This document shows, one piece after another, positions 18,418 through 27,626 of a stretch of DNA of 64,000 bases (position 1 is the stretch's first letter; each line of letters starts with the position of its first letter). The position numbers were made by a program, and so were the translations under genes. Source of the stretch: Alphaproteobacteria bacterium (GTDB lineage: Bacteria > Pseudomonadota > Alphaproteobacteria > RF32 > CAG-239); assembly GCA_048463395.1 (NCBI GenBank), contig DBFWPL010000019.1, positions 2,668 to 66,667 on the forward strand, read 5' to 3'. The notes beneath the pieces are model-generated. The model was given only the letters and a program-made list of their open reading frames with translations, had not been told where the DNA came from and did no database searches.

Positions 18418-18891
18418 ATGGAAAATTTAAATAAAAATAGACCACAATTCCTCCCTTTTGTTTGTCTGCTGAAAAAAGCAATAAATGTTATAGATGAAAA
18501 GGACTGTAGGATGTTGTGCGTAAAATTAAAGAACTTCCTGATGATGGCTGTTGTGATGTTCGTGGTTTCTTCAGTTTTATTTGCAACAGATTCATATGCG
18601 GATAGCGGGGATAACGGATTGTTTTCCGATTTAATCGCCAAGGGAGGAAGTATCTTCTCCGGTATGCGTGAAATTATCTATGCTGTTGCCGGCTTCGGTA
18701 TCTCAGCGGTTGCAATCGGTGGTTTCTTTGGAAACTTAAACTGGAAATGGCTTGTGGCTATAGCCCTTGGTTTGTTTGTCATTGCCACGACCGGCGTGAT
18801 TATTAACTACATGGTTGGTGAACAAACCATTACGGATTCAATGATTACGGATACGTTAATCAGCGGTGACTCAACCGGCATAAAAAAATAA
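18418..18891 (+). CDS. VirB2/TrbC-family T4SS pilin, paralog b
   Basis: Same core hairpin (IIYAVAGFGISAVAIGGFFGNLNWKWLVAIALGLFVIATTG). The true start may be the internal Met preceding LKNFLMMAVVMFVVSSVLFA. Confidence 0.6.
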   Translation: MENLNKNRPQFLPFVCLLKKAINVIDEKDCRMLCVKLKNFLMMAVVMFVVSSVLFATDSYADSGDNGLFSDLIAKGGSIFSGMREIIYAVAGFGISAVAIGGFFGNLNWKWLVAIALGLFVIATTGVIINYMVGEQTITDSMITDTLISGDSTGIKK

Positions 18892-18931
18892 TAAACGACT
18901 TTAAATGTTTAGGACTGATAGGGAGGGTGCT

Positions 18932-21484
18932 ATGTTTAACCTTAAGGAAATGAAAAAAATAGTAGCAGCGGCTGTTGTGTTCTCGGCAATGGCTGTATAT
19001 GCCCACCCGTCATTTGCATTGGAAGTAAATTGTGATGGAAAAACCGGACAAGAGCTGAAAAACTGCGAGGAGCTGAAAGCTTTGGCAGAAAAAGGAAATA
19101 AAAATGCCGAGGAAAAGGCAAAAAAAGCAAATGACAAAGCTGTGGAAAAAAATTCTAAGGCCATTACCGAAAAATGGGATTATTTAAATAACTACGATGG
19201 TGGTAAAAAAGATGAGTCCGGCTTCACTGAAGCAGCTAAAAAAGGAGGTACTCTTGGTGAGGATGATAGTGCTGACCGTATAGCAGCGGCTAATAAGAAA
19301 AAGCAGGAAGCCAGTGCAGCCTTGTCAAAGGCCTTGTCTGAGGGGGACACTAAGGGGGCTGAAAGTGCACAACAGGCAATGATTGCTGCGAATAATGATA
19401 TTGCTAATGCCCAAGCTGATGCCAAAAGATATGAAGAGGCTCAAAAAGCTCAAGAAAAGGCAGATAAGGAAAAAGCTAAAGCAGAGGAAGCGGCACGTAA
19501 GGCTCAAGAGAGTGCAGATAAGAAAGTAATTAAAGCTGCGGAAAAAAATGAAAAAAGTGCTAATAAAGACAAAGAAAAAGCTGATAAAGAAGTAAAAAAA
19601 TTACAAGAAAAATGTGAGAAAGATCCGGAAAAATGTGATACTGCCGCATTGCAGGCTGCTTTGGCTAAGCAACAAGCAGCCACTGCAGCAGCTGAAGCGG
19701 CAACCAAACAACGTGAAGATATTGACGGCACAACGGCAGCCCGAGAGCAGGCCGAGAAAGATAAACAAGCTGCCCAAGATGCTGCGGATGGAGCCGGGGC
19801 GAAGGATGGGGATATCTTGGCTGATGCCAATGCTGCCGATAAAGGAGGTATTGCAGAGGCAAATGCAGCTCCGAAAAGATGTGAAGGGGCTACCGGTATT
19901 TTTGAGATTATCGCTTGTAAGGCCATCACGACTTTAGCGGATTTGCGAACAATTCTGTATATCTTTGCCGGTTTCGGTTTGATAGCTTTCGCATGGTCGG
20001 CAATTTTCAATAAAATCAGTTGGAAGCACTTCGCCCAGATTTGTATATCTTTATTCTTACTGTCAATGATGGGAAGTTTTATCGGATATTTTGGGTATAA
20101 TGGAGACTATGAAAGCCTGAAATTTGGGGAATATTTAAAAGATGGTCATGAAAAACCGGATAATACTGTTCATTGTACCCAAAAAGATGATGGTTGTGAG
20201 CTTCCTGAACTTGTGGTAACCGGTAAAGCATCAAAAAAATGGAGTTTGAGTGATTTGAAAAGTTCAATCCAATCCGGTATCAGTGCGGTACAGAAAGCTC
20301 ATAGTGCTTACCAGACGACCAAAGCGACTGTTGAAAACGTAGTTAATAATGCCAAAACGATTGGTAATGCAATTAAAAACGGTGAAGGCGGTTTGGATGG
20401 TATCCTGAATACAATGACAACCGTAGCCGGAGCAACCGGAAATATTATGAACTCCGGACAATTGTTGGCAAATAATTTGGCAGCAAATGTTGGCGGAATA
20501 TCGGAAGATATTAAGTTGGCAGGTATGAGTGCGGAAGATCGCGAGAGACGTGCAAAAACTCAACAAAGATATGCAGAGCTTAAGGATCAGTGCACAGCCG
20601 GAAAATGTAATGCAGATCAAAAGGCTGAATATGAAAGATTAAAAGACGCTGTTGAAGGCGATGAAAATGGTAAGAAAGGTAGCATCAGCGGAAAAACAGG
20701 TATTCAAGCCTGGCTTGATAACGACGGTAAAGGTGGTGGTGCAACCATTATGTCCGGTATTAATAAAGTCGGTAATATCACTAATAACGTCAGCAATGCG
20801 GTAACCAACACGGCAAATGCAGCCCAGAATGGTATGTCTATGGGTAACGACATTGGCGGCGGAGCTTTAGGTAATATCTTGGGTGCTGCCATGGGTGCCG
20901 CAACAGGTGTTGGTGAAGGTATCGGTATGATGGGTGACGAAAACTTCAACTTCAAGAGTGAAGCTACAAAACGCGAAGAAAAGGCCGCCGCCGAAGAGGC
21001 TGCTTATAAAGCCAGTGATCAGTATGTTGTGGCTACAAGCAAAGATGGAAAATCTGAAGTTCGTGGCGATGGCAGTACCAGAACCACCTATGAAGATGGT
21101 ACTGTGGTCGTAACCTCTAAAGATGGTACCAAAACGGCAACCACTAAAAATGGTTCAGTAGTTGTTCAAAATACAGATGGTACTAAAGTTGTAACTAACT
21201 CTAACGGTACGGTAACAACCTATAATAAAGACGGTAAGGCGATTAAGGTTAATAACAGCAAGACCAAAGTAACACAGGGTGGCACAGCATCCATTAACGA
21301 AATGGTTAAAAATACTCAAGAAAAAGAGGCCTGTGAGAAAAAGGGCGGTACATATGATGTCAAAACGAAAAAATGTACAACTCCTGAAGACGAGTGTAAA
21401 GCTAAGGGTGGCACATATGATAGTAAGACCAAAAAATGTAACATGCCGGAAGCAAAGCCGGAAGCAAAACCGGACGCCAAATAA
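18932..21484 (+). CDS. large secreted protein with embedded VirB2-like hairpin (VirB2 paralog c fusion)
   Basis: About 850 aa from the Met after the RBS gggaggg. It has a signal peptide, an A/K/E-rich coiled coil, the VirB2-homologous segment ILYIFAGFGLIAFAWSAIFNKISWKHFAQICISLFLLSMMGS, a G/N/T-rich region, Thr-rich beta repeats and a C-terminal duplicated CxKKGGTYDxKTKKC motif. Confidence 0.55.
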   Translation: MFNLKEMKKIVAAAVVFSAMAVYAHPSFALEVNCDGKTGQELKNCEELKALAEKGNKNAEEKAKKANDKAVEKNSKAITEKWDYLNNYDGGKKDESGFTEAAKKGGTLGEDDSADRIAAANKKKQEASAALSKALSEGDTKGAESAQQAMIAANNDIANAQADAKRYEEAQKAQEKADKEKAKAEEAARKAQESADKKVIKAAEKNEKSANKDKEKADKEVKKLQEKCEKDPEKCDTAALQAALAKQQAATAAAEAATKQREDIDGTTAAREQAEKDKQAAQDAADGAGAKDGDILADANAADKGGIAEANAAPKRCEGATGIFEIIACKAITTLADLRTILYIFAGFGLIAFAWSAIFNKISWKHFAQICISLFLLSMMGSFIGYFGYNGDYESLKFGEYLKDGHEKPDNTVHCTQKDDGCELPELVVTGKASKKWSLSDLKSSIQSGISAVQKAHSAYQTTKATVENVVNNAKTIGNAIKNGEGGLDGILNTMTTVAGATGNIMNSGQLLANNLAANVGGISEDIKLAGMSAEDRERRAKTQQRYAELKDQCTAGKCNADQKAEYERLKDAVEGDENGKKGSISGKTGIQAWLDNDGKGGGATIMSGINKVGNITNNVSNAVTNTANAAQNGMSMGNDIGGGALGNILGAAMGAATGVGEGIGMMGDENFNFKSEATKREEKAAAEEAAYKASDQYVVATSKDGKSEVRGDGSTRTTYEDGTVVVTSKDGTKTATTKNGSVVVQNTDGTKVVTNSNGTVTTYNKDGKAIKVNNSKTKVTQGGTASINEMVKNTQEKEACEKKGGTYDVKTKKCTTPEDECKAKGGTYDSKTKKCNMPEAKPEAKPDAK

Positions 21485-21525
21485 AGTAATGGTTGGCTAA
21501 TCCTCTTTAACCACTCATTAACCAA

Positions 21526-21566
21526 AACAGAGTATACTTTACAATAAGGTATACTCTGTTTTTTTG
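21526..21566 (+). terminator. rho-independent terminator after the VirB2 block
   Basis: cagagtatac-(tttacaataag)-gtatactctg followed by ttttttt. Confidence 0.7.
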
Positions 21567-21653
21567 TATGCGGAAAGTGAATAAAATATGCTTTCCCTTG
21601 CATATAAAAAACAACTGCCATAGAATCAAAATGAACATAAAGGGATTGGGCGT

Positions 21654-21944
21654 ATGAGAGAAATGATATTAAAAGCCGTGGCTAATCCTCCGAAGATATT
21701 ATGGGGGCCGTTTCTGCCTGTGCTTATGAATCTCGGTGTTCAGTTTCCGATTATGTTTATGTTTATTGGTGTTATGGATGTCAACCCGATTGTGTTTTTG
21801 ATAAGTATTGTCTTGGGGCATGTGGCCGCGGTGGCTTTAGGCGTTCGCGATCCTCACATCTCCACCATGATTCAGGCATACGGACAAACGCACAAAACAA
21901 CTACTAACCTCTATAAAGAAAAGGGGAATAAATTTGCACCCTGA
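21654..21944 (+). CDS. virB3: VirB3-like small membrane protein
   Basis: 96 aa with two hydrophobic segments. Its end overlaps the start of the VirB4 gene by 11 nt, the canonical B3-B4 arrangement. Confidence 0.65.
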   Translation: MREMILKAVANPPKILWGPFLPVLMNLGVQFPIMFMFIGVMDVNPIVFLISIVLGHVAAVALGVRDPHISTMIQAYGQTHKTTTNLYKEKGNKFAP

Positions 21945-24366
21945 TTTTGACTTTTTCAGTACGTTTGTACAAGGTTTGAGTAATATTGAAGTTGCTGTTG
22001 CCGTCATTGGTTTCGTTTCTGCGGCAGCTTTTGCCGGCTTGTGGGCAACCAAACTCGGAAGCTTGATTCTGCCCCAACCGCATGAGTCTCGAGTTGCAGA
22101 CTTTTTGCCGTTTAACAAACTGATGTCTGACGGAATTACAATTCGGTGCTATAACAACTCTTTTGCCCGTGTTTTCAAAGTGGAAGGGGTGGACTTATCC
22201 TTTGTAACCGATGAAAAGAACCTGTCTATGATGGAAGCTCGCAAGTCGTGGATTGACGGGATGTCTGACTTGCAGGTTGTCTGTCGGGTGATTACTCTGA
22301 GAGAGCGTATCCCTTTGGAAGAGGCAGAGGGGGATTTCAACAATCAATTGCTGGAGCAAATTTCCGAAACTTGGAAAAATAATCTGGACAGGGTTTACAG
22401 CAATCAACACTACATTATTCTCAGTGTGGCCGACCGTCCGGAAGCTTTGAAAGATTTGAACTATGCTTCTCAGGCTCTGTTGGCGACTTTGAATGATTAC
22501 GGCGTGAAACCGATGTATGAGACGGAAGACAGCCCGGCCTCCGACAGTCCGCTCAGTGTTTTCAGTAAAATCTGCAGTCCGATTTCCAAACCGGCTCCCA
22601 AAGTCCGCGGGGCTGAAGGCTTCCACATGAATCAACTGTTGACTTCGGATCATATCCATTTTACCGGCGAGAAGGGAATTATCCGCTTTTTCTCCGGCGA
22701 ACGGGAAAAATTGGCGATTGCCATGGGTATTCGTTCTTCTGGAGATTATATGGACGAGGGGATGATTGCCTCGTTGCTGTCCATTGACTGTGAATTAACG
22801 CTTTTACACAATGTTAAGCCGATTTTCAAGCCTTATGCCCGAGGTTTGCTGATGCAGCAACAGAGAATGGCGGCAATGACCAGCTTTTCTCCGGATGTAA
22901 TTAACCAATACAGCGAAGCTCTGCAGGCAATTGAAGACAGTGATGCTGATTATCAGGCTTTGACTGAATATTCCATGACCATAATTATTCGCGGCGACAG
23001 TACGGAAGAAATTGAATTTGGCGAAGGCGAGGTTCAAAGAATTTGCCGCTTGTTCAGTGTAACGCCGGTGCGTGAAGGCTGGGTGGCTCAGGCGGCGTTC
23101 TTTAACCAGTTTCCGACATATGAAACTTATCCGAGAACATATCGCTACTTGTCCAGAGTAGTCGCAATGGCAATTTCCTTTGACAAACCGTCGGAAGGTT
23201 TTTCCAAATCAGACTGGGGACCGGGAGCAATTTCCGTGTTCCGTACGACATCCGGTTCTGCTTATCGTTTCCAATTCCACGTGTCTTCCGAAGATGCTGC
23301 AGTCGCCCACTGTTGTATTATCGGTCCGACCGGACAAGGTAAAACAACATTGCTGACATTCTTGGCCGGACAGGCAATGCGGCACCCTGATTTGAAAGTG
23401 TTCTTCTTCGACCGCCACCGTGGTGCGGAAATCTTTACTCGTGCGGTCGGCGGGGCTTATGTCGGTTTTGACGGTGATGAGAAAAACGTCTCCCTAAACC
23501 CGTTTGACTGTGAAACAAACGCCAATAACAAAGCGTTTCTCCGCCGTTGGCTGAAAGCGATTACCATGGTCGACGATGCGTTGTCCGAAAAAGAAATCGG
23601 TCGTGCGGTAACAACGGCGTTTGACTACCTGAAACCGGAAGAACGTATTTTGAGAAATTTGTATAAGAGTTGTTTCTCCCCGACCGGAAATATGCGTCGT
23701 GAATTGTTCCGCTGGGTTAATCCGGATCAGTACGGTAATATTTTTAATGCCGAGAACGATAGCTTGGATTTGCGTTCAAAACGTTTTATGGCCTTTGACT
23801 TCACCCATATTTTTGAAGATGAAACCCTTGCTCCGGCGGTAATCAGCTACATCATGCACAGAATCATGTCTGAAACCGGCGACAGCGGTGTTCCGTCTCT
23901 GATTATGATCGATGAGACCGCACCGATGTTAAAGCACCCGATGTTTAGAGATTACTTTATCATCGGTTTACAAGAAGGTCGTAAAAAACGCCAAGCATAT
24001 CTTTGTGCGTTCCAACAGCCGAATATTATTGATAAACTGGGCGTCGGCGAGGTTATCCGCGGTCAGTGTCAGACGGTTTTGTTCTTTAGAAACCCGCAGG
24101 CCATGCCGGAAGATTACGCTAACTGGAACCTGACACAAAGGGAAATTGATTTTATTTTCGGTAAAAGTTACCGTGATTTTCCTTACGCTATTCTGCTTTC
24201 GCGTCCGGCAACCGGAGAGTCGGTGATTTTGGATGTGGATTTAAGCGGTTTGGGCCCATATTTGAAATTATACAATTCCGGCCGTAAGAATGTGTTGTTG
24301 GTGGAAGAGCTGATTAAGGAATACGGAGAGAACAACTTTGTTACAAAATATTTAAATATTGCGTAA
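21934..24366 (+). CDS. virB4: VirB4/TrbE-family T4SS ATPase
   Basis: 810 aa. Walker A GPTGQGKTT, Walker B LIMIDETAPML, and the overall size and architecture of VirB4/CagE. Confidence 0.9.
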   Translation: MHPDFDFFSTFVQGLSNIEVAVAVIGFVSAAAFAGLWATKLGSLILPQPHESRVADFLPFNKLMSDGITIRCYNNSFARVFKVEGVDLSFVTDEKNLSMMEARKSWIDGMSDLQVVCRVITLRERIPLEEAEGDFNNQLLEQISETWKNNLDRVYSNQHYIILSVADRPEALKDLNYASQALLATLNDYGVKPMYETEDSPASDSPLSVFSKICSPISKPAPKVRGAEGFHMNQLLTSDHIHFTGEKGIIRFFSGEREKLAIAMGIRSSGDYMDEGMIASLLSIDCELTLLHNVKPIFKPYARGLLMQQQRMAAMTSFSPDVINQYSEALQAIEDSDADYQALTEYSMTIIIRGDSTEEIEFGEGEVQRICRLFSVTPVREGWVAQAAFFNQFPTYETYPRTYRYLSRVVAMAISFDKPSEGFSKSDWGPGAISVFRTTSGSAYRFQFHVSSEDAAVAHCCIIGPTGQGKTTLLTFLAGQAMRHPDLKVFFFDRHRGAEIFTRAVGGAYVGFDGDEKNVSLNPFDCETNANNKAFLRRWLKAITMVDDALSEKEIGRAVTTAFDYLKPEERILRNLYKSCFSPTGNMRRELFRWVNPDQYGNIFNAENDSLDLRSKRFMAFDFTHIFEDETLAPAVISYIMHRIMSETGDSGVPSLIMIDETAPMLKHPMFRDYFIIGLQEGRKKRQAYLCAFQQPNIIDKLGVGEVIRGQCQTVLFFRNPQAMPEDYANWNLTQREIDFIFGKSYRDFPYAILLSRPATGESVILDVDLSGLGPYLKLYNSGRKNVLLVEELIKEYGENNFVTKYLNIA

Positions 24367-24443
24367 TAAGGATAATTGCCATTTATAAATGAGTGATTTT
24401 TTGCTATCATAGAAGTAACGGCAAAAGTCAGGTGGAGGTCAAA

Positions 24444-26822
24444 ATGGAAAAGAATAAAAGTAAGAATCTGCTGGCCCTCTTAGGGGGTGTTTTGCTGATG
24501 TCGTTTCCTTTGAAGGCACAGGCACAATGGCCGACGGTTGATATTGCCGCTATTAAACAGGCGATTACCTCTAATATTGAATTGGTAAAACAATCCAAAA
24601 TCGTAACAGATGCCACGTCTCTGGCCGGAAAGATCAATTCCGGTATTGGCGATGCTAAAGCCAGTATGTCCAAATATGCCGGAGATAATTTGGAAAAAGC
24701 CAAAGAAAAAGCCGAAAAAGTCAAAAAAGAAAAAGAACGCCTTGATAAAATGAAAGAAAAATATGACAAGGCCAAAGAATATGCTGAAAAGAAAAAGAAA
24801 GAATTGGAAGAAGCCAAAGCATGGGCTGAAGAAAAGAAAAACCAGGCGACGGCAATGAAAGACGAGGCCATGAGTTATAAAGATATGGCCAAGGATGGTT
24901 TGGATACGGCTAAAAGCATGGCATCCGATGCTAAAAATATGGCAGCCGATGCTGCAAGTATGGCCGGAGATTTAAAAAGTGCTGCCGGAGCCCAATTGGG
25001 AACCGTCAAAAATCAGGCTGGTATGGATGTTGCCGAACCTGTCATAGATAATGATATTTATGACCAGCTTCAAATTACTTCGGACGACAAAGTTTATGGC
25101 GATGATGATTATGGCATGGCAAACCTTGATCCTGAGCTTCAGGGACAAATTAACCAACAAATTGTCGATAAGTTTATGGAAGATATTAACGGTGCCGAAA
25201 GCGAACGAGATGCAGCATTGGCAAAACTTGAAGAGCTTCGTGCCAATGGCGGAGATACTGCCGCCGCAGAACAAGCTTTGGCTGAAGCAGAAAACCGCTT
25301 AAGAGACATGAAGCAAGGATATCAACAGGTTTTGGATGACAAAGGCATAGAACTCCCGAACGGAGAGAGATTCTTCACCAAAGAAGGCGGTATGGCTAAC
25401 CAGAATGCATATGAGGAAATGGCTCGTGCCGCTGCCGCCAATAACAGTGGTGTGGATATGGAGGCCATGATACAGGATGAATACGAAAAAGCTGCCCGAG
25501 CAGCAGGAAGTACGGGAGTTTCCGCTGATTTCAAAGTAGATAAAAAGGCTGCGGTTGAAAAAGTCGGAGATGTTGCTGCGGTTAAAGCCGTGGCTGAGGT
25601 AAACGATTCCGCCAAGGCAGCCGTTGCCGAAAGCTCGAAAGCTCTGAATAAAAGTGCGATAAGCTTAAATAAAGCAGCTGTGGCATCTCCGGCATTGTCA
25701 AAAGCAGCAGTTTCTGCACCGATGACTTTGGAGAAAAAGACAGCCCCGAGTGTTAACAAAGCGGGACAGCCGAAGGTTTCGGGAAGAAAAGCCTTTCAAA
25801 AACGTTCGGATATCGGATTGGAAAGCAAAAATAAATTTGTCAGCCGCTCTTTTTCCGAAACGCTCAGTTTTGCTGATGTAGAAGTCGGAATGACAGATAA
25901 TACGTTTGACGGGGAGTTTGCGGCATCTGAAAGTTTTTTTAATTATTGCGGTTTCAGTGCCAAGGATGCGAATTCGGACAATATAACAGATTGTCAGAAA
26001 AAGCTCCTTGAAGCCGCAGAAAGTGAAAATCAACAGGATGCTGCAGATGCTCAGGCAGTGATTGAGTCAGTCAGTTCGGAAACTGTCGTCGGCATGGCGG
26101 CCAAAGGGATGAAAAATCGTAAGGACGTTGCCGGAAATGATGAAAAACAGGATAAATTGAATGAAACCGCTGGAAATTCTGACAACAACAGAGATGATAT
26201 ATCGGCATTGGTGATGAATGACAAGGAACTTCAGGTTCTGGGGGACGGATTATTAGATGTTTATGCTTCAAAGCTGTTGTTGGACAGCTTTTCAAGTTTA
26301 CCATTTGTAAAAGTAATTGATACGGAAGAAGTGATTCCTGATCCGGAACATGATATGGTTGATGCAACTTTTGACGGTAAGTTTGCCGGAGCTCCGGCAA
26401 TGTATGATCTTTGCGAATTTAGTGCCAAGGATGTTACGGAAGACAGCAGCGAGGTAACCAGTTGTATGGAGAAACTTGTTCAGGATAAAAATAATCCGGA
26501 TATGAAGATTGCGACCGAGGGTTTGGAAAATTACAATAAAGTCAGAGGGGGAACCAGTATAGGAATGGTTCCGATTGCATTAGATGCAATTAAAGAAGTG
26601 GCGTATAATGATGAAACAATTGAAAAGATTGAAGAAGAAGCCGGTGATGCAAACAATATGACTGCGGATGTTGGAGCATTGACTCTTTCTAATAAAGAAA
26701 TTTTAGTAAAATTTAACAAAATGTTGGACATTTTTTCGGCCCAGTTACTTCTTGATTCTATTTCAAATATGGAAAGTGTCAATGCCGAAGCTCTTCCTTC
26801 AGAAGCGGGAGAACAGGGATGA
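24444..26822 (+). CDS. extended TrbJ/VirB5-like secreted protein
   Basis: Met after RBS ggaggt. Signal peptide, then QWPTVDIAAIKQAITSNIELVKQ, which matches the P-V-x-D-x-A-N-x-x-Q N-terminus of TrbJ/VirB5. Then a coiled coil and a duplicated C-terminal module (TFDGxFA...CxFSAKD...C..KL). Confidence 0.5.
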   Translation: MEKNKSKNLLALLGGVLLMSFPLKAQAQWPTVDIAAIKQAITSNIELVKQSKIVTDATSLAGKINSGIGDAKASMSKYAGDNLEKAKEKAEKVKKEKERLDKMKEKYDKAKEYAEKKKKELEEAKAWAEEKKNQATAMKDEAMSYKDMAKDGLDTAKSMASDAKNMAADAASMAGDLKSAAGAQLGTVKNQAGMDVAEPVIDNDIYDQLQITSDDKVYGDDDYGMANLDPELQGQINQQIVDKFMEDINGAESERDAALAKLEELRANGGDTAAAEQALAEAENRLRDMKQGYQQVLDDKGIELPNGERFFTKEGGMANQNAYEEMARAAAANNSGVDMEAMIQDEYEKAARAAGSTGVSADFKVDKKAAVEKVGDVAAVKAVAEVNDSAKAAVAESSKALNKSAISLNKAAVASPALSKAAVSAPMTLEKKTAPSVNKAGQPKVSGRKAFQKRSDIGLESKNKFVSRSFSETLSFADVEVGMTDNTFDGEFAASESFFNYCGFSAKDANSDNITDCQKKLLEAAESENQQDAADAQAVIESVSSETVVGMAAKGMKNRKDVAGNDEKQDKLNETAGNSDNNRDDISALVMNDKELQVLGDGLLDVYASKLLLDSFSSLPFVKVIDTEEVIPDPEHDMVDATFDGKFAGAPAMYDLCEFSAKDVTEDSSEVTSCMEKLVQDKNNPDMKIATEGLENYNKVRGGTSIGMVPIALDAIKEVAYNDETIEKIEEEAGDANNMTADVGALTLSNKEILVKFNKMLDIFSAQLLLDSISNMESVNAEALPSEAGEQG

Positions 26823-27616
26823 TGAAAAAAAATGTATTAATTCTCTTTTTCCTGTCCGTAATCAGCTTTTTCGAAACCAAAAACGCTGTCGCTGATATTG
26901 AGGCAGCTCAGGCTGTTTATGGTAATGTTGAAACAGGTGTAAAAGAAGCCACGGCAATTAAGGATGAATTGGGAAAAATACAGGAAGATATGCGTTCGGC
27001 AATGGAGGGGATTGCCGGACCGATAAAACAAGCCGTGGCAACAGGTATGGATGCGGCCGCTCAAGCCAAATCTGCGGCGGCTCAGGCTCAGTCCATGACT
27101 TCCGATCCGACCGGAACGGCAATGTCTGCTGTAGACGGAGGTTTGTCTTTGCCGTCTCTTAATCTTAAGCAGCCGAGCTTTTTAAAAGATGTGGATGATC
27201 AGGAAGAAACCTCCAAAGCAATTGTTGCCAATTATATGCTTCAAAGAGGAGCTTCCGTGGACGGAAAGCTGGATACCAATCAGGCCATGCAACTCCAGAA
27301 TGAAAAACTGATGGTTATTCAGCGAGATAATTTTGCCAAATTATATTCTTCGGCATTTACCATCCGAACCAACATGGCAAAGGAACGTCTGGCGGAAAAG
27401 AAAGATGTTCTCGGAGAATGTTCCAAAGAAAGCGATGGCAATTCCAATACCCGGTGTGTAAAATTGGCAATCAGAGAAAAGGCCGATACGACGGCTCGTC
27501 GCATGGGTCGTATTCTGGGGTTGGAATTGGCAATTTTCGAGTTGGAAATTACTCAGCAGGCCGGAGTTTATCAAAAACAGGCTGATGAAGATGATGGCGA
27601 TGAGAAAGAAGAATAA
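26819..27616 (+). CDS. secreted coiled-coil protein (possible second VirB5-like)
   Basis: 265 aa. Signal peptide. ATGA overlap with the upstream gene. Alpha-helical and Ala-rich. Confidence 0.4.
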   Translation: MMKKNVLILFFLSVISFFETKNAVADIEAAQAVYGNVETGVKEATAIKDELGKIQEDMRSAMEGIAGPIKQAVATGMDAAAQAKSAAAQAQSMTSDPTGTAMSAVDGGLSLPSLNLKQPSFLKDVDDQEETSKAIVANYMLQRGASVDGKLDTNQAMQLQNEKLMVIQRDNFAKLYSSAFTIRTNMAKERLAEKKDVLGECSKESDGNSNTRCVKLAIREKADTTARRMGRILGLELAIFELEITQQAGVYQKQADEDDGDEKEE

Positions 27617-27626
27617 GGGGGCTGGC

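Noticed and set aside
19192-20010. Minus-strand ORFs (for example 19504-20010, 168 aa, Ala/Ser-rich) inside the 859-aa VirB2-fusion gene
   Set aside because: Mirror-image low-complexity translation of the A/K/E-rich coiled-coil coding strand, with no independent support.
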